DNA from: Octopus sinensis
Taxonomy: Eukaryota
Direction of reading: 5' to 3'
Assembly (NCBI RefSeq): GCF_006345805.1
Contig: NC_042997.1
Span: forward strand, 117,986,001-118,050,000
Length of the DNA stretch: 64,000 nt
A model generated the notes under the pieces. That model saw only the letters and a program-made list of their open reading frames with translations, was not told where the DNA came from and made no database searches. A program made the translations under genes and the position numbers. Positions 34,901-46,383 of this stretch are shown here, one piece after another; the first letter of the stretch is position 1, and each line of letters opens with the position of its first letter.

Positions 34901-37860
34901 TTAAGACCATCATAGTTATGGTTAAGCAAAATGAAAGCATCTAAAATCATTTTCTTGATCTAACATTAGTTTATGCATGCATCCATATTCTCACCCCAAA
35001 TTTCCTTAAGGGTTGTGAGGGTAGACTTCAGATCTCCCCCATAAGGCCTTATGAGAAACAACCTTCATTACACTTTGTGGCTGGATTCCCTATCGTTACA
35101 AACTGAGATTATGGATAATATCCAATCACCTCGTTCTTAGTTTATCCTTTAGGTCTCTCGTCGATTGGTTCTGCTTGGAAACTCCGTTTTGTAACTCAAG
35201 TCCGTTTTACCGGAGCTATGATCTCTCACTGCGGAGAAGTAGAGGTTCAATCTGGAGAAACTCCTTAATCTTGGAGCTACAGACCTAGATGAGTAGTTAC
35301 CGGCTGAATTTGAATCGGAAGACAGTGTCAGAAAAAGTGCTGATGGGCACTTTGTTCGACGTACTAACGAATCTGCTAGTTCGCTACTTCATGTTTATAA
35401 GATCTTGCTGGACTAAATCCTTACCACATTATGCTTACACTCAGGAGGATAAAATTAGAAAGCTTTTCATTGCAGATCACTTTAAGAAATCTGTCCAAAT
35501 CTGTTTTCATATATTTTAATACACCACAACGAATGGCCTCCTTTGATCAAAATCCTTTGCAATATATTTTAAAACTGAATTAAGAATAGACTTCAGATTT
35601 TAAGTAACTGTAGCTTCCATAAAATTACATCCGTGTTATTGGGTATAATACAAATGGCAGCCGTTTTGTTGCAGTTGTTGGACAGCTTGAAAGATTGCGA
35701 TGATGCTGTGGAAATAAATACATTGGCAAAAGTATTAAGCAGCAATGTAAGTAAAACCGTTAGATTCATCTTTCTTTACTCATCCCTGCAGTACACAATA
35801 TTTTGACTTGGTTGTGATGTAAATAGTTGCATCTGAGATCCATATGGAAAAAGATCTGATCAGCTGCGAAGTTCAACTATTTCCGAAAACCATAGACTGC
35901 ACTGCTAAAGGATCGCTCACCAACACTCGTCAAGCATTAGCCCTACTTCCTGTCAGTCCTGAACCAGCATGTGATGTACTGAATGTTGCATGTCCTTTAT
36001 ACTTACTGTCCTTACTATCTTAACTGTCTAACTATGTACCAAACCGTTTTCCAAGAGTTGGAGCATGTTGTTCCTCCGCTCATCTTAAGAATGAACAGTT
36101 AATGTTCAGTTTCATGCTTTATCACAAGCTTGGACAGACGTAAAATATTCACTGCCATTGTCAAATTAGAAGTAGAAATCAGTACTTTGACGCAAAAAGC
36201 TCTGTTTGTCTATCAAACTTCATTGAAAGCATTAATCAACTTGTCGAAGGAATAGACTATTGACGAAGGTGCAACGCCATGGGTTCGCAGTCGTAAGGAC
36301 ATGGTTACTAAGCGAACATTTTTATGCACACAGCCGCCATGCCCGCGTCTATATAACTGATATTTTACAATAACACGCAATGTGTGACTCCCTGGTCAGG
36401 CAGATGGAGAGAAGAGTAAAACAACAAACGGAGTGGGTGACCATCATAAACTCTGAAGGCAGGCGAATAGCATTCAAAGATTTTTCTCGCGAGTCATTGG
36501 TATCTCTACTAAATTGGAGGAAGCTGCTTATTAATTAGGTATACACAATTACTAAAAGTACTACGAGCAATTATTTCATGGTTGACCCGTCTGAGAACAT
36601 TTTTATAAATTCATGTTCTAAGAAATTTCCTGTAATTTCGATTTCTGAAGTTTCTTGAATGTTTAAATTCCAATTTCTCGCAAATTTAAATATTCATGCG
36701 TCCAATTCACAAATTTAAATATTCATTGCATTCACTGCAGAGTAATACATTCTCATTTGCAAAGTCTCTCAATTTCTCTTACAAGTTTTCATTCGCTATT
36801 TGGGAAACCGTCAGCTTATTCTATTAATGTATACGTAATAAATTATTATCTTAACGTATACGCAATTTATTATTTATCGAATGAAAATTTTTAAAATACT
36901 CGTATAATTTTTGAGCGCGTGATAGCTATAAGAGCCTAGAAAGTTGGGTAATTACTATTAGACGAGGAGAAAAAAAGTTACCGACAAGTACTCGAAACTT
37001 GCACCTTGTTCAGTTTCTAAACACTCTGTACCACTAAGCCAATATATACACAAACAAGTTGCACGAGCGACTTCAACAGTGACACACTCTCGCGAACACA
37101 CATAGATACACTTACACACAAATGAAAGGCAATGAATGTGTGTTTGCTGTTCATTGACAAAATTTCGTGCTGCATTACTTCTGCGAAGTTTTGTCAGTGA
37201 ACAGGTTTCGAAGCGAAGAAAATATTTCGAGACAAATGAAATTTTAATGTTGAAGTGAAACTGGTACTACTTAAAAACAGGTGTTACGTCCAAAATATTT
37301 TAAATGTACGTTGTATGGAAGTGTAATGACACGCTAACTAGCCCTACCCTAAAACTGACCGTCCCCTTCATGTCGTTACGTAGATGCATCGGGACCTCTT
37401 TATTTAAGTAGTGCAGTGAAACTAACGGTTTTTGTGTGTTCTTGAATGGCATACAAACACCTACGCTGTAATTTTTGTCTCAGCACATGATCTCGGATCA
37501 AGTCACTTGCTATTCAAGTACATCTCCGTAATTTTAAAAACAAATCACTGTGGTTAAATACCAGCAATGACCTCAGTCTCTCCAATATTTTGATTTCTGA
37601 AAAGAAACACTCGGAGGTAGGGAGTGAGGTTGCAAAAAAAAATTCATTGCTTAAATTTTCTTTATAGCATATTAATGTATTTATGGGGGAAAAATATTGA
37701 AAAACATCAATGCATGCGAGAGTGATAAAGAAACGAGGACGGTTGTCTTTAGATATGCTAGAAACAACAGCCAAATCGCCCTTAAGTCACTCACTTTTCC
37801 GTCTGAAAATATTAACAATTAAAAAAAAAAATTACTGAAAATGCTCTTCCCATAGTTTTG

Positions 37861-37919
<59 letters not shown>

Positions 37920-38114
37920 TTTGTTTTTACTCTCTTTTATTTGTCATTTGACTGCGGCCATGCTGGAGCACCACCTTTAATCGAGTAACTCGACCCCGGG
38001 ACTTCTTTGTAAGCCCAGTACTTATTCTATCGGTCTTTTTTGCCGAACCGCTAATTTACGGGGACATAAACACACCAGCATCGGTTGTCAAGCAATGCTA
38101 GGGACACACACACA

Positions 38115-38174
<60 letters not shown>

Positions 38175-38354
38175 GACGGGCTTCTTTCAGTTTCCGTCTA
38201 CCAAATCCACTCACAAGGCTTTGGTCGGCCCGAAGCTATAGCAGGAAAAGACACTTGCCCAAGGTGCCACGCAGTGGGACTGAACCCGGAACCATGTGGT
38301 TGGTAAAGAAGTTACTTACCACACAGCCACTCCTGCGTGTATATATATATATAT

Positions 38355-38412
<58 letters not shown>

Positions 38413-40359
38413 TATTATAAAAGGCAGATTTTATCTGCCTCCCTTTGTATCTTATAGAAATCTACAATATAGGATTTCTTCAATTACAATTTACCTAGCA
38501 TTTTTAAGAGTAGAATGCATCGGGTCGTGCCAGGTTCACTTTTTAAAATTTCAACCCCAATTAAGCAAAATTTACAGAAAACTCACATTGTGGTGTATAT
38601 GTCAAATGTTTTTCTTAGTGTGGCTTACACCACACGCAAACGCACACACACACAAACGGAGCGAATTGTTTCACTGACGCTATCACCCTTCTCCTCCTTT
38701 GTCTTTGCAAGTTGGCAGCTATTTAAGTGAAAACAGTGAATCCGACAGCGATTAAGAAAATGAATTGGTACCTGAATGGAGTGAAAATTTAAAAACTGTT
38801 TCTTTCGGTGAGTTTTCTGAAGAAACTGCACCAAGCCACAGACTTTCCCAGAAGAGTAAAGCCTTAAACTATTTCTATTTACTTTTTCGAATGAGCCCAT
38901 TTGAAATCATTACGGCAGAAACGAAACGTTACGCTAAACGTAAACAAAACGAAAGAAAGGATAGTTTATTTCCCACAACCTTAAATGAAATTAAGGCCTA
39001 TTTTGCCATAAATATTATGGGTATCAGAAAGTTACCCAGAATAACAAATTCTATCGTAAAATTTTGTTGTATACCCAATTGAATATTAGCTAATAACCCA
39101 TTTTCTATAGCGATGTTTGAACAAAATTTTAATAATTTTATATTTTGTTGAATTTAACTGTATCTACCTGCAATTAGAGTTACTTTGTGACAAAACTTAT
39201 AGTATAGAATTGGTTGAGGACATTTCATTAAATTATCTTCCAAAATTCACGTTAATATATTGATAAATAAAAAAGTTATTGTTGTTTAATGAAACCAGAC
39301 TAAATTTATGATTGTTAGAAATTAATTGAAACACATTTTGGTCAGAAATATAGTAACGAAAGGGTTAAGAAAAACCAAAAAATATTTTATTCTTTATAAA
39401 TGTTGTGTTCAAAATAACATTTTCTTTTAAGAATGTGTATATAACTACGTGACTTATATCTTTATATATAAGAGTGAAGTTGTGTGTCTGTCTCCTACGA
39501 TTTAGATTCCTAACTACTCCCACATTTTGCGGTGCAGTGTAACCAAAACCGGGTATCTTATAGTCGTGAGTCATATCGAGCCCTTCTGGGTATTAGCGCG
39601 CGTCTACGATGAGTCTACGATTTAAAAAAATTTACCATATTTTTCCATTTTAATGCATTTTTCGCTATTATATAAGGGAAGTAACTCTCTAAAAATATCT
39701 ACGATGTGTCAACGATTTAGAAAGAAATTTACCTTAATTTTTTTTCCATTTTTAATGCATTTTTTGGCTATAACTCTCTAAAAATGCTTATATAGTTATT
39801 TCCCTTACAAACCCGAGCAACGCCGGGCGATACTGCTAGTATATATATATATATGGCCAAAACAGGTCTGGAGAGGAATGCGGGAGGGTGTGTAAAAAAG
39901 AAAAAGGCGTTTACAAAACTTTTTTCAAAGATAGTTCCCATCATTTCGAAGGCTGTGGTTTAAAAAAAGAGGAAAATCTCCGAAAGAATTTTCCCCACAA
40001 ATTTCTTTATAATCGTAATCTATGCCGTTTGAAAGGATTTGTATAAATTTTCATTAAAAGATACCTATCTCGAAAGTTATGAGGGGAAAAAATTCAGATC
40101 GGGTGAATTTTCAAAAACTCCTCTCTCCAACCGCTCGCAAAAATTCTTTCTCATAAATTCCTATATATTCTGAAGCCACAACATCTAAGCGGTATTTGTA
40201 GAAAATTTTGTCAATAAGTAACTATTTTCTGGAGATCATGAGGCAACAAAGCCGGGGGCATATACATCTGTACTAATGCCCTTTTATTTATACAAATTTT
40301 TCATTTCGTTTTTATTTCATTCATTGTTTGCAACGTTCTCTCTCCCTCTCCCTCCCCTC

Positions 40360-40405
<46 letters not shown>

Positions 40406-42918
40406 TCACACACACACACACCTCTTTCTCTCTCTCTCTGTTGGTCTCTCTTATACACACATACTGTTTTCAAACTGTTTACATATTGATAAGTATATTT
40501 TATATATATTGCTTCAGTCATTTGATTGCGGCCATGCTGGAGCACCGCCTTTACTCGAACAAATCGAGCCCCAAGACTTAAGCCAAGTACTTACACTACC
40601 GGTCTCTTTTGCCGGACCGCTAAGTTGGGGGACGGAGACAAACCAGCATCGGTTGTCAGGCGATGGTTGGGGGATAAACTCGCTTTATATATATGATAGC
40701 CTTGTTTCCGTCTACCAAATCCAATCAGTCAGCCTGAGGCTATAGAAGACACTTGCCCAAGGTGCCACGCAATGGGACTGAATCCGAAACCACATACACT
40801 CCTGCGCCTATATATATGTGCCACCAAAACAGTGGCTCGTGAGCAGCGCACTGCAAGTGCAGATAAGACGATAGGAGACCAAAGCTAGGCTGAAAATTAG
40901 TGCTGAGGATACAGAAGCAAATGAGTTTACTGCGAGAAGACAATCCCAAGAGGCACAAGCAAAGTGTCCAAAAATCAAATTCCCTTCAGCAAGCAGTGAA
41001 GGGGCCTGGGAGATAATTGACAAAGAAATCTGCAAGGCTTTGTACAAGAACCTAGAAGTTTGTGGTGAAGTAATGTATAGTATTTGAAAAGAGCACTTTA
41101 GTATTAAAGAGATCAAGCAAACAGCCAGAAAGAAAAAGCAGCTAAGGAAGTTGGAGTCCATAAGATATAGGAAGAAATGCTTGAAGAAACAGTTGCGGAC
41201 CTCGAGTCCCGAGGAGAAGGACAGTCTGAAGATTTGGAAAGACCTCAAAGAAAAGCACAGCACCCACAGCAGAACACAACTCTGATAACCAAACACAACT
41301 CTGATAACCAAACACAACTCTGATAACCAAACACAACTCTGATAACCAAACACAACTCTGATAACCAAACACAACTCTGATAACCAAACACAACTCTGAT
41401 AACCAAACACAACTCTGATAACCAAACACAACTCTGATAACCAAACACAACTCTGATAACCAACACAACTCTGATAACCAAACACAACTCTGATAACCAA
41501 ACAACTCTGATAACCAAACACAACTCTGATAACCAAACACAACTCTGATAACCAAACACAACTCTGATAACCAAACACAACTCTGATAACCAAACACAAC
41601 TCTGATAACCAAACACAACTCTGATAACCAAACACAACTCTGATAACCAAACAACTCTGATAACCGAGTTCTTACGGATTCATTTTCCTGTCCAAATCAA
41701 TCTCCCATTTTTATTAGTTTCCTAAATGTCTTTTGTCTTAGGAATGTTTGAGTGCCACGGAAAAAGAAGTCCTGTTTGGAACTGCGATGATCAGTGAAGC
41801 CGAGTGCGCTGAATTCTTAAATAAGATAAGTAATGGAAATGATATGGTGAGTAACGTTCTATGACGTTATATTCGATAACTTATGTTTTGTAATCAATTC
41901 AAGCATATAAGTTCAATTGATTGGTGCAATTTCTTTTCAAGTTGGCCGTCTCAGATATGGAGAATCTCTTGGAGAGTAAAAACTGGGCGCTATACAGCCA
42001 ATGCTTATGCAGTGAAAAGATTGAAATAACCAACCACTTTTGTTACTGGGGAGTTATAGCGAATGTTTTACACAGCGGTACCAGTAAAGTCTTGGTAAGT
42101 AACGAGACATATAGTTCATTGTCACTTTAGCGTGAAGTCTCTCACCTTAATCGTAACCCTGAATAAGTTATTTCATAGCTTTCACTACATCTATTGCGTT
42201 AGGCCTCAGCTTTAATTCTCGACGCTTATTTGCCGCAAGGATTTGTTTAGAAATGCTTTATCGTTTGTAGATATTTAACTTGAAAATTTGGCCAGGAATT
42301 GCTCTATGAAATGATTATTGTTGAGGCGGATCATCTGTTACATCGGATTTGTATCATAAACTTAGATTTACATAACTTAGAACTGTATGTGTGGAGGTGC
42401 GTGACTCAGTGGTTAGGACGTTGCCCCACTGTTCGTAAGATTGTTTCGATTGCTGGGCGATGCGTTGCGTCGTTGAACGAAACACTTCGTTCTACGTTGC
42501 TCGTCGAACAAAAGTGAGTAATCCTGCGATGGACCAGCGTCCCGTCCAAGAGGGGAATATGTACACCACAATCTGGCGAACTGGTCTTATGAGCCCTTGG
42601 CTTGCGAAGGACCTGTGATCTCTATTTTGTTTTTGATATATGTGTGTATTTTAGGAACTAGTTTGCTTAATTTTTCTTGCAGAAGGACAATCTTGATAGG
42701 ACTGTTGGTGTATACACTGGATATATCGACAACAGCACACTTCATCTCGAAGAAGCTGACGAATGTTATCTCATTCAGGTGAATATGAATTTCACAAATT
42801 TTACTCATTGCTCGACATTTATACACTGTCTAAATGCTTGAATTATTTTGTATATTTAATATATGTATAGCAAGGATGGAACTGTACTGTGTCTTATCTG
42901 CGGCAACTTACCATGTGA
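22778..42918 (+). CDS. Patatin-like phospholipase-domain protein with degenerate EF-hand-like insert; 13 coding exons, 487 aa, probable pseudoenzyme
   Basis: Exons 22778-22948, 24186-24333, 26221-26351, 30187-30322, 31571-31666, 33105-33229, 33742-33839, 34729-34813, 35675-35746, 41742-41846, 41942-42094, 42683-42778 and 42871-42918. All introns are GT-AG and phase-compatible; the exons total 1464 nt with no internal stop. AATAAA lies near 42995. Confidence 0.85.
23375..24040 (+). mobile_element. Three consecutive copies of a tRNA-derived SINE (GGCAGAATCGTTAGC...GAGTTCAAATTCC family)
   Basis: Repeated head and body at about 23375, 23605 and 23825; same family as 45530-46350. Confidence 0.75.
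24186..24333 (+). CDS. Patatin-like gene exon 2 (VLDKVGILRKLKRFAGVGTSGVIASLLA...)
   Basis: AG/GTAAG bounded; covers the nucleophile-elbow position. Confidence 0.85.
24395..24799. mobile_element. MITE with GGATCTTTTCGGTTTGAAC TIRs and 8-bp TSD (Merlin- or hAT-like)
   Basis: Inverted termini, with TSD ACTAATTT at 24387-24394 and 24800-24807. Confidence 0.9.
24830..25010 (-). mobile_element. SINE 3' half
   Basis: TTTCAGTCATTTGACT...GCGGCCATGCTGGAGCACCGCC segment. Confidence 0.8.
25709..26135. mobile_element. Same MITE family, opposite orientation
   Basis: TIRs, with TSD GCCTATTT at 25701-25708 and 26136-26143. Confidence 0.9.
26221..26351 (+). CDS. Patatin-like gene exon 3 (...GRNSGRKFLEWFG...GNADITFSQ)
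   Basis: AG/GTAAG bounded, phase 1 to 0. Confidence 0.85.
26945..27275 (-). mobile_element. tRNA-derived SINE (family of the copy at 61862)
   Basis: Reverse complement of the 61862-62250 body, including the GGTTTCGATTCCC B-box-like head. Confidence 0.75.
27362..28140. repeat. Local direct duplication (about 290 bp, twice) separated by a 16-bp minisatellite and (CA)n
   Basis: 27362-27655 matches 27857-28140. (CTCTCTATCGCTCTGT)n lies at about 27660-27785. Confidence 0.85.
28150..28470 (-). mobile_element. tRNA-derived SINE of another family
   Basis: Minus-strand head GTTAGAGCGTCGAGCTTACGATCGTGAGGTTGTGAG...CCCGG followed by TTGAGCAAGAC. Confidence 0.65.
29213..30032. mobile_element. Tc1/mariner-superfamily (Tc2-like) MITE with an internal ~300-bp tandem duplication
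   Basis: TIR CCGTAAATCCTCGAG at both ends, flanked by TA. 29403-29697 is duplicated at 29710-30032. Confidence 0.88.
30187..30322 (+). CDS. Patatin-like gene exon 4 (LYDQTGKELCIVVMN...KTTPDAVIRRAVLMTISFP)
   Basis: AG/GT bounded, phase 0 to 1; typical patatin core segment. Confidence 0.88.
31571..31666 (+). CDS. Patatin-like gene exon 5 (GMFQPV...YLDGGIICNYPINCFD)
   Basis: Contains the patatin DGG motif. Confidence 0.88.
33105..33229 (+). CDS. Patatin-like gene exon 6 (GWWLSM...ATLGILL)
   Basis: AG/GTGAG bounded, phase 1 to 0. Confidence 0.82.
33742..33839 (+). CDS. Patatin-like gene exon 7 (YDNSH...IPNTKLG)
   Basis: AG/GT bounded, phase 0 to 2. Confidence 0.75.
34729..34813 (+). CDS. Patatin-like gene exon 8 (QFKDASE...EQFCM)
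   Basis: AG/GTAAG bounded, phase 2 to 0. Confidence 0.7.
35675..35746 (+). CDS. Patatin-like gene exon 9 (LLDSLKDCDDAVEINTLAKVLSSN)
   Basis: AG/GTAAGT bounded, phase 0 to 0. Confidence 0.7.
37925..38340 (-). mobile_element. Complete tRNA-derived SINE with internal (TA)n
   Basis: Head, core, microsatellite and tail are all present. It is flanked on both sides by (TA)n tracts. Confidence 0.85.
38765..39082 (+). pseudogene. piggyBac-type transposase fragment
   Basis: ALNYFYLLF...AETKRYAKRK...PTTLNEIKAYFAINIMGIRKLP matches the N-terminal part of piggyBac (PGBD-like) transposases. Confidence 0.75.
39093..39364. mobile_element. piggyBac-type non-autonomous end
   Basis: Ends AAAGGG followed by TTAA at 39365-39368. 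Confidence 0.55.
39459..39839 (+). mobile_element. Non-autonomous Helitron
   Basis: 5' A|TC, 3' hairpin CCCG-AGCAACGC-CGGG and CTAG|T terminus. Confidence 0.8.
40510..40810 (-). mobile_element. tRNA-derived SINE (internally shortened)
   Basis: Same family as 37925-38340. Confidence 0.8.
40820..41272 (+). pseudogene. Fragment of an RLE-type non-LTR retrotransposon (Hero/NeSL-like)
   Basis: Degraded frames KIKFPSASSEGAWEIIDKEICKAL and RYRKKCLKKQLRTSSPEEKDSLKIWKDLKEKH resemble the pre-RT region of Hero elements (recognition from memory). Confidence 0.5.
41273..41665. repeat. 19-bp tandem repeat (AAACACAACTCTGATAACC)n, about 20 copies
   Basis: Seen directly; a few units are 17-18 bp. Confidence 0.95.
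41742..41846 (+). CDS. Patatin-like gene exon 10 (ECLSATEKEVLFG...GNDM)
   Basis: AG/GTGAG bounded, phase 0 to 0. Confidence 0.72.
41942..42094 (+). CDS. Patatin-like gene exon 11 (LAVSDMENLLESK...SKVL)
   Basis: AG/GTAAGT bounded, phase 0 to 0. Confidence 0.72.
42390..42610 (+). mobile_element. tRNA-headed SINE with a V-SINE-like core
   Basis: Head GACTCAGTGGTTAGGACG and core CCTGCGATGGACCAGCGTCCCGTCCA. Confidence 0.55.
42683..42778 (+). CDS. Patatin-like gene exon 12 (KDNLDRTVGVYTGYID...YLIQ)
   Basis: Carries an RTVG-x-x-T-x-YI segment typical of the patatin C-terminus; AG/GT bounded. Confidence 0.8.
42871..42918 (+). CDS. Patatin-like gene last exon (QGWNCTVSYLRQLTM*)
   Basis: Acceptor at 42870, TGA stop and a downstream AATAAA. 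Confidence 0.78.
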   Translation, partial: QGWNCTVSYLRQLTM

Positions 42919-44103
42919 ACCGAACGTACTGAAGTGAATCGAAAACCGGCTGATTAATTAACAAGGAATGTCTCAATAATTGTAAAATATATAAATAAAC
43001 TGAGTTTCTTGAGAAAGTATTTTCGTACTTTGTACTTCGGAAGAGACCTTATGCTAATAATGAACACACACATTGGTTCTATTTCACTTCATTTGTTTAT
43101 TAACCAATCAACTGATCGTTTGCTGAATCGAACAATAAGGTTTGTCTGTCTTATCGTCACCATGCAACCTTATCAATGCTTCGGGTTTGGCTTAATTTAT
43201 GGATTTATGATTTTATAGGGATGCATATCGTAATTTTCTAGTTTGTTGACTCGAAAACTTATTTACTGAATATTTATAAGTTGATGCACAACTGAATTGA
43301 GATCCTCTGTTCTCTTCTAAATTTGACAATTGAACTTTAGTAATGCCAGTCTAGCTGGCTGGCTGTAGCAAATCAGGCTGGTGCACTCGCGTGCCTGTGC
43401 TTATATATAGTCATGTTGAAAGTGAAATGGCCAGCTCGAAGTACTGGGAATGTTTTGTGGGGAAAATGAGCTGGTAACCCATAAAAAACTTCGGAAAGGA
43501 AGATGCAATAAAAGTGGATGCAGCTGTTCGTGGGAAGTTATTTTTTTTTTGGGAGGGGGGAGGTAAGACGAAACGAAAATGGCGGATGTGGTGTGGAGAG
43601 GAATACGAATACAAAACCTCGTAGATGGCGTGAAGAGAGAGGTCAGAACAATCACAAGTGGCGGTGGTAGTGCTGAAGACGAAATACTACAAAGAAAACG
43701 CAAGTGGCGGTGGCGGCTGATAGCAGTGTGCAAGACTGCGTCCGGCTCAAAGTGAAAGAATATGAGAATAGAAAGTCTATGAGCTGTTCTAATCTTTTTC
43801 AGACCGTCCCGTTTTCCGTAAGGTACTGCGAAAAATGTTATTCCTCCTCCTTACAACAAATGTATTAAGTGTTTGAAATTATTAATAAATTGACTGAGTT
43901 TAACACCATAAACTGGACATTAGATTTTCCAGTTTGCCAAAACTAATTTTTTTTAAAACCAAAAGTAGTCGGTTCTTAATATTTTGTTAGTTTACCATAA
44001 ACCATGGCAAAGTATTCATACCATTAGTTAGGTACCTAGTGAATCACGGACTAAGAAAACGTCCGATAACATGCTCTAACATTTAAAGCAAAGTTCTTTA
44101 TTT

Positions 44104-44480
44104 GGATCTTTTCGGTTTGAACGGCAGTTTTTAAAATAATTTCTTGGTAACTAAAAATTTTAAACTTCGTATACTAGTAGAATGTTTATAAAACATCTTT
44201 TTCTCTTGGCTTTATTGAGAAAATTCTATAGTTTGTATATTTTTTTCTTCAATTTCAACCAATCAGTGACGTCCATTGAGTTAAAAAACATTCTGTGCCG
44301 TATGAATATGTCCCTCGTTTAAGAAACAGATTGGGTTTATTTACATTTTGAAGAAAAAAAGATAATCTTCCCCTAACCCTAAAAGAGACTGAAATACAAT
44401 AAATCGATTCTAGGGTCATAATTATGGGTGACAATTTCATATACCGCTAGAAAAAACTGCCGTTCAAATCGAAAAGATCC
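44104..44480. mobile_element. Third copy of the GGATC-TIR MITE
   Basis: TIRs, with imperfect 8-bp TSD CTTTATTT / CTTATTTT. Confidence 0.88.
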
Positions 44481-44820
44481 CTTATTTTCAATTTCAACAA
44501 CGGAAATTAAATCGGTTATTCAATGAGATTTGTTGTGAAGAAAAGACAAATCTTACTGGCAATTACATTTACCCACATATAAAACCCAAAATAGATTTAA
44601 ACTTAATGTTCGAAGAATCAATGTTACTGTCCCGTCTTTGCACTATGCTCAAACGGCCTTAACATCAAATTCACAACTCATTCAAGGCTTGTATCTTATG
44701 CCATATCCTCCCCCCCTACAACAAACCAGTATCTTAACACAACCACACTGCAACACAACTCTTCAAGTCCTGCTTTAATGTTATTGCATTATTATTTCTC
44801 TAAACGAATTTACTACTCAC

Positions 44821-44929
44821 CTGGAAATTTAATTGAAGAACATCGAACAATTCCCGGTGTTTGTAATAATTTTAAAAGACTTTCTTCTTTCAAAGAGAAT
44901 TCGTAGTAGGTGTAGCTTATATGTGTGAC
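44821..44929 (-). CDS. Glycine N-acyltransferase-like gene, upstream exon (VTHISYTYYEFSLKEESLLKLLQTPGIVRCSSIKFP)
   Basis: AG/GTGAGT bounded, 109 bp, phase 0 to 1. Matches the TY..(F/Y)S...L..P.II segment of the family and joins in frame to 21021. Confidence 0.75.
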
Positions 44930-45114
44930 CTAAAGAATATATTAAAAATCGAGATTATTTTTAGCTGCATAAAATGTATTTAAGAACTGTACAAAAACGC
45001 TGTTCGACTTAAAAAGTCGACAGTTTCTTTCTTTACAGTTAACTTTAAAATTACAGTATTTGTTAAAGGGGGAATCAATATCTGCGTAAGTGACTGCACA
45101 TTTTAATTTAGTTC

Positions 45115-45410
45115 TTAGCTGTTTCAGTCAGTGGATTGCGGCCATGCTAGGGCACTGCATACACGGGTTTAGTCGAACAAATAGATCCCCGGATATATTT
45201 TTTTCCAGTCTGGTACTTATTCTATCATTCACCAACCAACACCGGTTGTCAAGTTGTGTTGATATGGGACACACATTCACACACGAGTTTCCGTTTAAAC
45301 CCAACTCAAGAGGATTTGCTCATCTCGTTATAGAATACTAGGTACTCCGCAGTGGAACTGAACCCAAGATCACATATTTGGGAAGCAAAGTTAGCCACGC
45401 CTGCGCCTAT
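45115..45410 (-). mobile_element. Degenerate SINE
   Basis: Family of 37925-38340. Confidence 0.6.
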
Positions 45411-45462
45411 ATACAATTATAAACTCTAACACGGACATACTAGTAACTTAATAATAATAATA

Positions 45463-45493
<31 letters not shown>

Positions 45494-45529
45494 CAGCATT
45501 ACGATATTGTGGTTGGTAGGGCGGTGTTT

Positions 45530-46350
45530 CTTTTCTACTCTAGGCACAACGCCCAAAATTTGTTTGGGGGGAGCCAGCCGATTAGATCGACCCAGTAAGC
45601 AACTAGTACTTAGTTTATAGACCTCGAAATGGTGAAAGACAGCTGGCCTCGGCGGAATTTGAACTCAGAACGTAACGACAGACGAAATACCGCGAAGCAT
45701 TTCGCCTGGTGTGCTAACGTTGCTGCCAGCTCGCCGCCTTGGCGGTGTTTATCATTTCGAAGGCGGCAAGCTGGCAGAATGGTTTGGACGCGGAGTTGAA
45801 TTTCCACCGAGGTCGACTTTGCCTTTCATCCTTCCGGGGTCGATAAATTAAGTACTAGCTGCGTACTGGGGTCGATGTAATCGACTATCTCCTGTCCCCA
45901 AGTTTCAAGCCTTGTGCCTATAATAGAATGGATTATCTATTATGTAGGCGGCGGGTTGGCAGAACCGTTAGCACGCTGGACGAAATGCTTAGCGGTATTT
46001 TGCCCGTTGCTACATTCTAAGTTCAAATTCCGCCGAGGTCGACTTTGCCATTCATCCTTTCGTGGTCAAATAAGTACCACCTACGCACTGGGGTCGATAT
46101 AATCGACTTAATCCGTTTGTCTATCCTTGTTTGTCGCCTGTGTTTAGCCCCTTGTGGGCAGTAAAGAAATAGGTATTTCGCCCGTTGCTACATTCTGAGT
46201 TCAAATTCCGTCGAGGTCGTCTTTGCCTTTCATCCTTCCTGCGTCGATAAATTAAGTACCAGTTGCATACTGGGATCGATGTAACTGATTAGCCCCCCCC
46301 CCCCAAAAAAAATCTGAGGCCTCGTGCCTCCAGTAGAAAGGATTATTACT
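45530..46350. mobile_element. Cluster of tRNA-derived SINEs (one minus, then plus copies); the copy at 45945-46173 ends in the Tx1-like tail
   Basis: Repeated GAGTTCAAATTCCGCCGAGGTCGACTTTGCC bodies and tail GTTTAGCCCCTTGTGGGCAGTAAAG. Confidence 0.8.
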
Positions 46351-46383
46351 ACGATAGTCTCAAAATCATTTAAAGGTACATAC

